The notes under the pieces: model-generated | Database searches by the model: none | Told to the model about the DNA's origin: nothing | Seen by the model: the letters and a program-made list of their open reading frames with translations, nothing else | Position numbers and translations under genes: made by a program | Origin: Theionarchaea archaeon | GTDB taxonomy: Archaea > Methanobacteriota_B > Thermococci > Methanofastidiosales > SZ-28-30 | Reading direction: 5' to 3' | Assembly: GCA_018992685.1 (NCBI GenBank) | Contig: JACVGT010000038.1 | Span: 1-55,942 of the forward strand | DNA length: 55,942 nucleotides | Shown: in pieces, positions 1-7,783 of the stretch | Numbering within the stretch: position 1 is the stretch's first letter | Layout of the letters: each line of letters opens with the position of its first letter

Positions 1-1240
1 TACAACATACACGTACAATGAAATGAATGAGCTGCTCTCTCTTTCAGATCCCAGTGGGAATTCTACCTTCACTTATGATATTTACGGAAATTTGGCTACT
101 GAGGATGATGGTCAGAACCTATGGGAATACTCTTACGACTACGAAAACAGACTTGTATCAATTAAGGAAGATGGTCAGGTAATAGAAGAGTACTTCTATG
201 ATGGTGAGGGAAAGAGGATCAAGAAAACTGATGCTGACTCTGAAAGAGTCTATATATATGGCGGCTTAAACGTTCTCCATGAGGTGAACACAACGACTCA
301 AATGGAAGCTACCTACATCTATGGACCCACTGGACAGCTGGCCAAGAAAGTGAATGACATCACAGAATACTACCACACAGATCACCTGGGTTCTACCAGA
401 CTGGTGACATCAGAAAATGGTGTGACAACTGAGGAAATTAAGTACAGACCTTTTGGTGAACAGCTCAATGAAACAGAAGAAAGATATACGTATAATGGAA
501 AGGAATTAGATGAAACTGGTCTCTATTACTACGGTGCCCGCTACTATGATCCTGTTATTGGTCGTTTTATCACAAGAGATCCACTGACAGGAGAAAAGGA
601 ATCTCCTCAAACTCTCAATAGATATGTGTATTGCCTAAATAATCCTTTGAGATATATTGATCCAACAGGGGAAGGCATTCTTGATACAGTCAAGAATACT
701 TTCGGGCGACTTGAGAGTTTAGAGCCAGAAGATCTCGAGGAAGTTCAGGATCTCTTGGATGCTGGGAAGGAACTTGAAGCCCTAATGAAAATCTTTCTGT
801 TATTAGGATTTGACATCACAGATAATGGAAATGGAACTCTAAACCTCAACCTAGGTGAAGGTAAGCAATTCACCGTGAACATTGACAACAATCTAATAGA
901 TCCTGACAATGGTCAGCCTGCTTGGGGACTCACGGATAATGAGAATTTCACGATCTCAATCAACTTGTCTACTAAGAAAGCAGGAGATGCCACATTGACC
1001 GTACTCCATGAGGTTTGCCACGGCCTATTGGGTAACACACGTTCCGACATAATAAGAGTGGAACATGAATTTATATATCCTATGGAGCAAGCATTCATGA
1101 ATGCCATGATAAACTCTTCGAACATTGAATTCTCAAGGAAATTCCAGAATCATATCATTGGACAGACTGCAATCCAGAAGCGACACGTTCCAATCGTTGA
1201 TGTACTGAACCGATGGAAAAGGGGGTGGAGAATATTATGA
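1..1240 (+). CDS. Rhs/YD-repeat protein (5'-partial) with C-terminal HExxH metallopeptidase-like domain
   Basis: YD repeats and Rhs core (YYHTDHLGS, YYYGARYYDP, NPLRYIDPTG), followed by a distinct C-terminal domain containing HEVCH. The frame is open back to the window start. Confidence 0.9.
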   Translation, partial: TTYTYNEMNELLSLSDPSGNSTFTYDIYGNLATEDDGQNLWEYSYDYENRLVSIKEDGQVIEEYFYDGEGKRIKKTDADSERVYIYGGLNVLHEVNTTTQMEATYIYGPTGQLAKKVNDITEYYHTDHLGSTRLVTSENGVTTEEIKYRPFGEQLNETEERYTYNGKELDETGLYYYGARYYDPVIGRFITRDPLTGEKESPQTLNRYVYCLNNPLRYIDPTGEGILDTVKNTFGRLESLEPEDLEEVQDLLDAGKELEALMKIFLLLGFDITDNGNGTLNLNLGEGKQFTVNIDNNLIDPDNGQPAWGLTDNENFTISINLSTKKAGDATLTVLHEVCHGLLGNTRSDIIRVEHEFIYPMEQAFMNAMINSSNIEFSRKFQNHIIGQTAIQKRHVPIVDVLNRWKRGWRIL

Positions 1241-2808
1241 GAAAGAAGTGCCTCCTTATCGTTCTCCTGATTGGATTGATAGGATTCAGTGCTACTCTTA
1301 TGGCAGTGCAGCCAACAGAAGATGAGAGAATTTTTTTTGTCTCAGACAGAGATAGTATACACCAAATATTCACTGTAGACAGTGATGGAGAAAGTCTTTC
1401 AAGACTAACAGATGACTCTTACAAGCATTCGAATCCCTGCTGGTCTCCTGATGGAGAAAAGATTGCTTTTGTATCAGACAGAGATGGAAATAAAGAGATT
1501 TATACTATGAAGAGTGATGGGAGTGATATCCAGAGACTTACCACAGATACTGCTTCTGATGACTCACCGTGCTGGTCTCCTGATGGAGAAAAGATTGCTT
1601 TTGTATCAGACAGAGATGGAAATAAAGAGATTTATACTATGAAGAGTGATGGGAGTGATATCCAGAGACTTACCACAGATACTGCTTCTGATGACTCACC
1701 ATGCTGGTCTCCTGATGGAGAAAAGATTGCTTTTGTGTTAGAGAGGATGTACTTCTCTCATATCTTTACTGTAGATACTGACGGAGGCAATCTAATGCAG
1801 GTGACGACAGGTGATATCACGACCGATAATCCTTCCTGGTCTCCTGATGGAAAACGAATTGTATTCGAGGCATGTGAAAGTGCAGGGTTTCAGATATTCA
1901 TCATGGAAGGCAACGGCACCAACCAGGAAAAGGTGAGCTCCAACGGGAGATGCACTCACTTCACTCCTGCACCATCCCCGGATGGGAGTAAGATTGCCTT
2001 TACTCTGATCTGTGGAGAATCCAGCCTGCAGGCTTATCTCATGAATGCTGATGGGAGCAATTATGTGGATTTTTCCCTTTCGGATGCTGTCAATGGATGG
2101 CCAGCCTGGTCTCCGGATGGGAAGAGAATTGCTTTTACGGGATATAAAGACGAAATATGTGGGATCTACCTGTTGCATATTGATACAGGTGACATAGTGA
2201 ATCTGACAAGAAGTCCAGGGCTGGATATGTCTCCTGCCTGGTCTCCGGATGGGAAGAGAATTGTCTTTTCTTCAGAAAGAAGTCTGAACAGGGACATCTA
2301 TAGCATACAAAGTGATGGAAGTGATGAAAGGAGACTAACTAAGGACTTTCATGATGACTGTGATCCTGCCTGGTCACCCGATGGCAAGAAGATCGCCTTT
2401 TCCTCAGAGCGGGATAGTAACTGGGACATTTATGTCATGAATGCTGATGGAAGCAATGTAGAAAGGCTTACCGATAACTCCTCACATGAGTGGGACCCCT
2501 CCTGGTCTCCAGATGGGAGCAAGATTGCCTTTGTATCGGATAGAGATGGAAATTATGAAATCTATGTCATGAATGCTGATGGTACTGATCAGGTGAATTT
2601 AACCAATAATCCAGCCGATGATAGTGATCCTGAGTGGTGCTGCCGGACCTTCCAACCGATAGAATCGATTCAGCCCGGAAGCACTTCTCACGCTCCGCCT
2701 TCTCCTGAGAGACTATTATCACAGTGGGTTTTGGCTATTTTCATTATTTCACTGGTGGCAATTGTGGCCATTTTCGTAGGCAGAAAAATTATCGTGAAAA
2801 GAGAATGA
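1237..2808 (+). CDS. TolB-like/PD40 beta-propeller surface protein with signal peptide and C-terminal TM anchor
   Basis: Many WSPDG..IAF.S.RDG repeats. N-terminus MRKKCLLIVLLIGLIG, hydrophobic C-terminus. The ATG at 1237 overlaps the Rhs stop (ATGA). Confidence 0.9.
   Translation: MRKKCLLIVLLIGLIGFSATLMAVQPTEDERIFFVSDRDSIHQIFTVDSDGESLSRLTDDSYKHSNPCWSPDGEKIAFVSDRDGNKEIYTMKSDGSDIQRLTTDTASDDSPCWSPDGEKIAFVSDRDGNKEIYTMKSDGSDIQRLTTDTASDDSPCWSPDGEKIAFVLERMYFSHIFTVDTDGGNLMQVTTGDITTDNPSWSPDGKRIVFEACESAGFQIFIMEGNGTNQEKVSSNGRCTHFTPAPSPDGSKIAFTLICGESSLQAYLMNADGSNYVDFSLSDAVNGWPAWSPDGKRIAFTGYKDEICGIYLLHIDTGDIVNLTRSPGLDMSPAWSPDGKRIVFSSERSLNRDIYSIQSDGSDERRLTKDFHDDCDPAWSPDGKKIAFSSERDSNWDIYVMNADGSNVERLTDNSSHEWDPSWSPDGSKIAFVSDRDGNYEIYVMNADGTDQVNLTNNPADDSDPEWCCRTFQPIESIQPGSTSHAPPSPERLLSQWVLAIFIISLVAIVAIFVGRKIIVKRE
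1438..1736 (+). repeat. 132-bp near-identical tandem duplication (about 2.3 copies) within the TolB-like gene
   Basis: Units start at 1438, 1570 and 1702 (tgctggtctcctgatggagaaaagattgc...) and encode identical 44-aa repeats. Confidence 0.9.
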
Positions 2809-2994
2809 GACACTAACTTGAAAAAGAAGGAAACCCCTCATGGACTGCATCGGTGATCGCTCAGTAGGGAAGTTCCAGATGTGAGAAAAGCTTTACGGTG
2901 CACATGAAAAAGCATGTCTTATAGACTATCCCTGTCCAGAATGTCAGGTTCCCATCGCCGAAATACTCAAAGGATGGACATGGGAGTGAAAATC

Positions 2995-3282
2995 ATGAGA
3001 AGAATAAAATCTATTTTGACGGTCCTGGTCATAGGACTCATATCTATGTTTTTGCTGTCTTCTGTGCAGGCTTATCAATTGACAGAGTCAACTCAGCCTG
3101 AAGGAGGTCCTCACATTTCTTTTCCTCTTGAAGGATTTCTACCGTGGTTTTTCTGTGTTCGTTTCAAAGGTCATACTCAGAAAACGAGGATTGAAAGTCT
3201 CGTCTTCATCAACGTACTCGTCTGGATCTTGCCTGTTTCAAAGGTCATACTCAGAAAACGAGGATTGAAAGTCTATTCTTGA
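2995..3282 (+). pseudogene. Truncated secreted-protein gene whose frame runs into the CRISPR array
   Basis: GGAGTGA RBS and signal peptide MRRIKSILTVLVIGLISMFLLSSVQA. The remainder of the frame is translated CRISPR repeat and spacer. Confidence 0.5.
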
Positions 3283-3343
3283 AACTGGTCTTGTATGTCT
3301 CCGGGGGTTTCAAAGGTCATACTCAGAAAATGAGGATTGAAAG
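3161..3343 (+). CRISPR. Mini CRISPR array with 3 repeats and 2 spacers, no intact cas genes in the window
   Basis: 37-bp repeat GTTTCAAAGGTCATACTCAGAAAACGAGGATTGAAAG at 3161-3197, 3235-3271 and 3307-3343 (last copy has one C>T). Spacers are 37 and 35 bp. The ATTGAAAG 3' end is typical of archaeal Cas6-processed repeats. Confidence 0.9.
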
Positions 3344-3357
3344 CCCCCCAAAGCGAT

Positions 3358-3385
3358 ATCCTTATAAGGATTACATGCATTGTAA
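3358..3385. promoter_or_regulatory. Palindromic operator/promoter region of the TA operon
   Basis: Perfect 14-bp palindrome ATCCTTATAAGGAT (3358-3371), then TTACA-n5-TGTAA (3371-3385), just upstream of the antitoxin start. Confidence 0.5.
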
Positions 3386-3397
3386 CACTTATAGGCG

Positions 3398-3586
3398 ATG
3401 TATATGTCAACAACTGTAGCAGTATCAAGAGAGACCAAGGAAATGCTCAGAAAGCTGGGCGAGAAAGGAGAGAGTTATGACTCTATCATACGTAAATTAG
3501 TCGAAAAGGCTTCCTGGAAGGAACTTGATGACCGTTGGAACAAAATACTTACAGAAGATGAGTTTATACCTCTCGATGAACTATGA
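3398..3586 (+). CDS. Putative antitoxin (RHH-like N-terminus, acidic C-terminus)
   Basis: STTVAVSRETKEMLRKLG..GESYDSIIRKL, ends EFIPLDEL, overlaps the toxin start (ATGA). Confidence 0.8.
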   Translation: MYMSTTVAVSRETKEMLRKLGEKGESYDSIIRKLVEKASWKELDDRWNKILTEDEFIPLDEL

Positions 3587-3855
3587 TGTACACGATCCTT
3601 GTTTCCAAAACATTTCTGAGGCAATTTACAAACCTAGAGAGTAGCATACGAGAAAAAATCAGATTAGCATTAAGAAATCTAGAAACAGACCCGTTCAAAT
3701 CTCGTTCTGGTACGGATATCAAAAGACTCTCCCATACTCGCCCTACAAAGTACAGATTGCGGGTAGGGACTTATAGAATCATCTATGTTGTGGAGAATAA
3801 GACAGTGAAAGTACTGGAAGTTTTCAAGAGAGGAAAAGAGTACAGGAATGTCTGA
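3583..3855 (+). CDS. relE: RelE/ParE-family toxin
   Basis: 90-aa basic protein with YRLRVGTYRIIY and a C-terminal F.R.K.Y. Confidence 0.85.
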   Translation: MMYTILVSKTFLRQFTNLESSIREKIRLALRNLETDPFKSRSGTDIKRLSHTRPTKYRLRVGTYRIIYVVENKTVKVLEVFKRGKEYRNV

Positions 3856-3863
3856 TTTCTCCT

Positions 3864-4223
3864 TTAGAGTGAGCACCAAACTGCCAAAACTAACACAATG
3901 AAGGGCACAAACAGCATTATGAACATGTCAAGGTAGAACTCTATGTGGAGGAAAGCGAATACCATGCGTCCTCTAGCATTGAACCAGATGATCTTCCCAA
4001 CATAATAAAGAGTTACAAATAGAGGAAGGATAGTATTCCTGCTTACCAGAGCACCCACGAAAGCTCTGTCTTTAACAGTGGTTTGATGATTGAGATAGGC
4101 AATCTCTGCAGGTCTCTGGCGTTCCTCAATGACTGGATAGTATCACAGAATATTAGCAGTTCCGAATGTAGAAGATTACTGCACACATCCTGTAATTCTT
4201 ACAACTTCAGATAAGATATGCAC
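3864..4223 (-). pseudogene. Possible degraded membrane-protein gene
   Basis: Hydrophobic 3' frame (3864-4058) extends upstream through in-frame TGA and TAA stops. Confidence 0.25.
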
Positions 4224-4303
4224 GTTTTAACTTCAAACTCTTATGCAATTATTACCCAAACGTTTTTAATCAGTTCTGCAAAATAAAAGAGAGGTGAAGA
4301 TGT

Positions 4304-4399
4304 ATGAACTTTCTGAAAGGTTGGCCTTTTGAACCATTGGATATGATTCAAGGCAATGTTACCACATCGGGAGAATCTGGTGGAGGAAGTCCAGGTTAG
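4304..4399 (+). CDS. 31-aa Gly/Ser-tailed peptide MNFLKGWPFEPLDMIQGNVTTSGESGGGSPG
   Basis: TATA-like TTTTTAAT at 4263-4270 and GAGGTGA RBS at 4291-4297. Its stop directly abuts the stop of the convergent regulator. Confidence 0.55.
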   Translation: MNFLKGWPFEPLDMIQGNVTTSGESGGGSPG

Positions 4400-5344
4400 C
4401 TATGGCAAATTAGGTTTCCAGTGATAGATTGGTCTAGCACTCCAAAAATGGTCAATCAATCCAAGGTCAATCATTTTCGAACAGTATTTGAAGAGCCTTT
4501 CTGTCATTTCCTCTCCCTTCTGAATGCTCAAATAGACAACTAATGCGCCATCCACCTTCGTTATTGATGTATGACACGGTAAGCATCCAAAAAACTTACA
4601 AAGGAAATCCTCATAATCTGACCAGAATACAAAGAAATATTGTGAATACAATCTGAATCCCAATGGATAGTAGGGTAGCAATACTGTAGATACATTCAAC
4701 AGATAATTAATTCCTTTGTAAAAGGATTCAAAAGATATGTGTAATTCTTTTAGAATAGGGGTAAATCCAGTCCTTAGATCGTATTTAATATATGGGAAAA
4801 TCATCAATCCGTAATGTGAACTCCCTTGTTCAGGAGGCTCCTTATGATATTCGACAGGTATTCTTGATGAAGAGTGTTCATTATCAAGCATAGCTTCCAT
4901 CTTATCTAGAGCATTTTCATATGTACAATCAGTCAAGTCAGGAAAGATATAGTCACTTCTAGAACCGCAAAGCAATGTCCTATCGGGGAGTACATCTAAT
5001 TCTTTACTTGTTTGGAGTAAAATGTCAAATTTTCCTGACGTATATGAGATATAGATTACATCATGATTTTTCTGAAAATGAGTGTACAATTTATGGGCGG
5101 AATCACTCTGTATCAGATAAATGTACTCCTTTCTTTTCTCGTACATATTAAGACGTATTTGAGGGGCGAAAAATACTTTTTTGTCTAATCCCTCTTTCCA
5201 GTATTTCGCTACAGTATTCCTAGAAGCATGACATTTTTTTGCTGCTTCATTAGTGAATAACCGAGGCTCTTTCAAGAATGTGCGATACATGCAATGGTTT
5301 AATCTCCTTAAGTCCTCTGGTGAATAAATGCACATGTCTTTCAC
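4400..5344 (-). CDS. Putative transcription regulator with tandem wHTH (Lrp/AsnC-like duplicated) architecture
   Basis: N-terminal HTH (EPRLFTNEAAKKCHASRNTVAKY) and a second HTH-like segment (YDLRTGFTPILKELHISFESFYK), each followed by a predicted alpha/beta domain. Confidence 0.65.
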   Translation of the reverse strand: MKDMCIYSPEDLRRLNHCMYRTFLKEPRLFTNEAAKKCHASRNTVAKYWKEGLDKKVFFAPQIRLNMYEKRKEYIYLIQSDSAHKLYTHFQKNHDVIYISYTSGKFDILLQTSKELDVLPDRTLLCGSRSDYIFPDLTDCTYENALDKMEAMLDNEHSSSRIPVEYHKEPPEQGSSHYGLMIFPYIKYDLRTGFTPILKELHISFESFYKGINYLLNVSTVLLPYYPLGFRLYSQYFFVFWSDYEDFLCKFFGCLPCHTSITKVDGALVVYLSIQKGEEMTERLFKYCSKMIDLGLIDHFWSARPIYHWKPNLP

Positions 5345-5443
5345 CGTTAATCTCTTATTCCAAAGTGACTATTTAAAGCTATCGTAGGGGTTCCAAAACA
5401 CTAACCTCTTCGAGAAACCGATACAAAAAAAGGAGGTAGAAAT

Positions 5444-5575
5444 ATGGGTGAATCAATCATTCCGAAAGGTTCGGAAAAGGAGAAAACCAGTGAAGGAGAG
5501 GATAACAACCCAGAAAAAGAAGAAAAGAAAAAGAAAGGAAGGACATATCCACGCATCGGAGAAATCCCTGGATAA
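5444..5575 (+). CDS. 43-aa charged peptide MGESIIPKGSEKEKTSEGEDNNPEKEEKKKKGRTYPRIGEIPG
   Basis: Strong AGGAGGT RBS at 5431-5437, divergent from the regulator, followed by a terminator-like element. Confidence 0.55.
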   Translation: MGESIIPKGSEKEKTSEGEDNNPEKEEKKKKGRTYPRIGEIPG

Positions 5576-5644
5576 TTACCTTCTCACACAGTACCGCAAG
5601 AATCGAATCGAACAGAGGCCGAAAGGACTTTTACCGAGTGGCAC

Positions 5645-5706
5645 AACAGAGAGCCTGTAAACACTTCTAGTCTTTCACCCCCCTCAGGCTCTCTGTTCTT
5701 TTTTTT
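5645..5706 (+). terminator. 13-bp inverted repeat followed by a T-tract
   Basis: AACAGAGAGCCTG (5645-5657) pairs with CAGGCTCTCTGTT (5685-5697), then a run of 8 T. Confidence 0.6.
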
Positions 5707-5726
5707 AGCTTAAATTACTAATGAAT

Positions 5727-6007
5727 TTAGAAATGTTGGTTCTTCTCTACAGGATATGTCAGTACACCTTCTACCTCATTCCCGTACCCCAACATGTACA
5801 GCCATAATTGAACGTGATGAAAGTTCTTCTCTTTCCCAGATTAAACTTCAATGATGGTCGGGACATCTTTCATCAATATAATGTCAATTTTCCCGACCAA
5901 TTTCATCAGTTCTAGGTCTAGACAATAACTTCACTCTTGCACTTATTCACAATCTGAGACACCAGATATTCATGTCTTATGCTGTACTCAATCAATTCCT
6001 TACTCAC
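5727..6007 (-). pseudogene. Cas4-like/RecB-type PD-(D/E)XK nuclease remnant
   Basis: Manual translation gives VSKELIEYSIRHE..KSEVIV, a frameshift, then LVGKIDIILMKDVPTIIEV*SGKEKNFHHVQLWLY. TAA at 5841-5843 replaces the catalytic Lys. Confidence 0.7.
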
Positions 6008-7096
6008 CGGCAGGCGAGCGCAGTCACTCCCTTGATCGAGGCGCTAACCCATACAGACAAGCAGGTCAGGGAAAGGGCAGCACGAATCCTAAGCAGCTTC
6101 AAGGATAGGAGAGCAGTAACTCCTCTCATCAATGCTTTGCAGGACGACTACTTCCATGTCAAAATCCAGGCCGCACGTTCATTGGGGAAGATCGGAGATG
6201 AACGTGCCATAGCACCCTTGATTAGACTTTTCAATGAGAAACGCAAGTACCCGCCCTACGTTCCAGAGGAAGCTTCATTTGCCCTATCTGATATAGGGGA
6301 GGCAGCAATACTTCCTCTTGTTGAAGTACTCAAGGCTAATACTTCCACTTTGACGGCGAAATACCAGTCCACAGAAGCCCTGAAACGGATTGGTGCCCCA
6401 TCAATCCCCTATATCATAGAAGCCATGAAAGATACGAACTGGAAGACTGGATGGGGAGCCATCGCATTGGGGAAGACGGGGGATAAGAGAGCTATTGAAC
6501 CCTTGGTTAGAGCCTTAGGGGATGAAGATAGAGAAATACGATTCAGGGTACCAGAGGTGCTACAGGGTTTCCAAGATCCCAGAACAATACCCCCCTTAAT
6601 CAGGCTCCTGGAGGATGAAGATCACCAGGTACAAGGGCAGGCAGCGTTGGCTCTTCGAAAGATGGGTCCCTCTGCTCTTGATCCCGTGAAGGCTTTTTCC
6701 TCGGTAAGTACGGGAAGGGCGAAAGGTCTTGCAGTCTGGGTGCTGGGTGCTGTAGGAGACAGATCAGTTGTGGGATTGCTGCTGGAAGCTCTTGAAGATC
6801 CTTGCTGGGAAGTGAGGAAGGATGCAATCAGTGCACTGAGAGAGATTGTGACAAGGGAAAGAAAGGAATCAAAGACGAGCCTTTGGAAAAAGTTAAAAAG
6901 TGAACTGAAAGATTTAGAAAATTCAGTTGTGGAATCTCTTGTCCCACTCCTGGAAGATCCAGAAAAAGAGGTCAAATATGATGCATTTAGATGTCTGGGG
7001 ACAATAGGAAATAAAAAGGCTAGGATTCTTTTGAAAAAAGCCCTGGAAGACAGTGATCAAGAAGTGAGGAGAATTGCCACCAATGCACTGAAGTAG
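5972..7096 (+). CDS. HEAT/PBS-lyase repeat protein (start uncertain, possibly 5'-truncated)
   Basis: Repeated AV.PLI.AL.D.D..VR..AA..LG.IGD motifs. Confidence 0.85.
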   Translation: MSYAVLNQFLTHRQASAVTPLIEALTHTDKQVRERAARILSSFKDRRAVTPLINALQDDYFHVKIQAARSLGKIGDERAIAPLIRLFNEKRKYPPYVPEEASFALSDIGEAAILPLVEVLKANTSTLTAKYQSTEALKRIGAPSIPYIIEAMKDTNWKTGWGAIALGKTGDKRAIEPLVRALGDEDREIRFRVPEVLQGFQDPRTIPPLIRLLEDEDHQVQGQAALALRKMGPSALDPVKAFSSVSTGRAKGLAVWVLGAVGDRSVVGLLLEALEDPCWEVRKDAISALREIVTRERKESKTSLWKKLKSELKDLENSVVESLVPLLEDPEKEVKYDAFRCLGTIGNKKARILLKKALEDSDQEVRRIATNALK

Positions 7097-7326
7097 CCTC
7101 ATGCTCTTGATTAATTAAAAGTCTGCTGAATTATCCACCGTAAATCGAATGACACAGAATAGTTCCGAACTAATCATCTACCGAAGTTCGAATGGATTAA
7201 TTAAGAGAATGACTTGTTTACATATCATAACAGCACTATTGAAATTCCGTAGGTTCACAAGTCATACCCAGATATTCTGTATCATTCAATGGGTAACCTT
7301 TAATAAGAATGCACAATTGTCTCTAT

Positions 7327-7764
7327 ATGAAAGTGGATGTTGACTGCATCATGCGGAATGGTGAAGTAGAAATTGGCATCTCATTAGTAGAACGCATATC
7401 CCAGCAGGAATTCGAAGAATATGCAGACACCTTACGGAGAGAAGGATTCGAATACGATTCCTACAATCAAAGCAATTTCTTCACCACGAAAACTCCGAGA
7501 ATGCTTGCTGCAATGCTCAAATTTCTGGATAAAGAATATCAAGTTGAGGGAAAACTCAGAGGTAAGAAAGTATATTCTTGGGAAGAAAGAGACCAATTTG
7601 TGAAAGACTTCGAAGCATCACTTGTTCAACCAGGGCCTGAACCTGATGCAGAACCTTCTCATACCCATACTGAACCTTCTCATACCCATACTGAACCTTC
7701 TCATACCCATACTGAACCTTCTCATACCCATACTGAACCTTCTCATACCCATACTGAACCATAA
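7327..7764 (+). CDS. Hypothetical protein with (EPSHTHT)5 tail
   Basis: Globular-looking N-terminus of about 105 aa plus a repeat-encoded His-rich tail. Start is 7309 or 7327. Confidence 0.65.
   Translation: MKVDVDCIMRNGEVEIGISLVERISQQEFEEYADTLRREGFEYDSYNQSNFFTTKTPRMLAAMLKFLDKEYQVEGKLRGKKVYSWEERDQFVKDFEASLVQPGPEPDAEPSHTHTEPSHTHTEPSHTHTEPSHTHTEPSHTHTEP
7651..7760 (+). repeat. 21-bp perfect tandem repeat, 5 full copies plus a partial (VNTR)
   Basis: GAACCTTCTCATACCCATACT at 7651, 7672, 7693, 7714 and 7735. Confidence 0.95.
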
Positions 7765-7783
7765 TTCTCAGAACTCACCTAAT

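Noticed and set aside
511-522. 12-bp match (TGAAACTGGTCT) between CRISPR spacer 2 (3280-3291) and the Rhs gene
   Set aside because: The flanks do not match and the match is short, so chance cannot be excluded. Not claimed as self-targeting.
2914-3282. 122-aa ORF as an intact gene
   Set aside because: Its 3' part is translated CRISPR repeat and spacer. Only the signal-peptide part from 2995 looks genuine.
3864-4223. Selenocysteine or other read-through of the in-frame TGA
   Set aside because: The same frame also has a TAA and no SECIS is evident. Decay is the simpler explanation.
5448-5660. 70-aa Lys/Arg-rich ORF from the track
   Set aside because: It is an alternative frame of A-rich sequence. 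The ATG at 5444 is better spaced from the AGGAGGT RBS, and this ORF runs into the terminator stem.
7651-7760. 21-bp repeats as a CRISPR array
   Set aside because: The copies are head-to-tail with no spacers and are in frame within a CDS.
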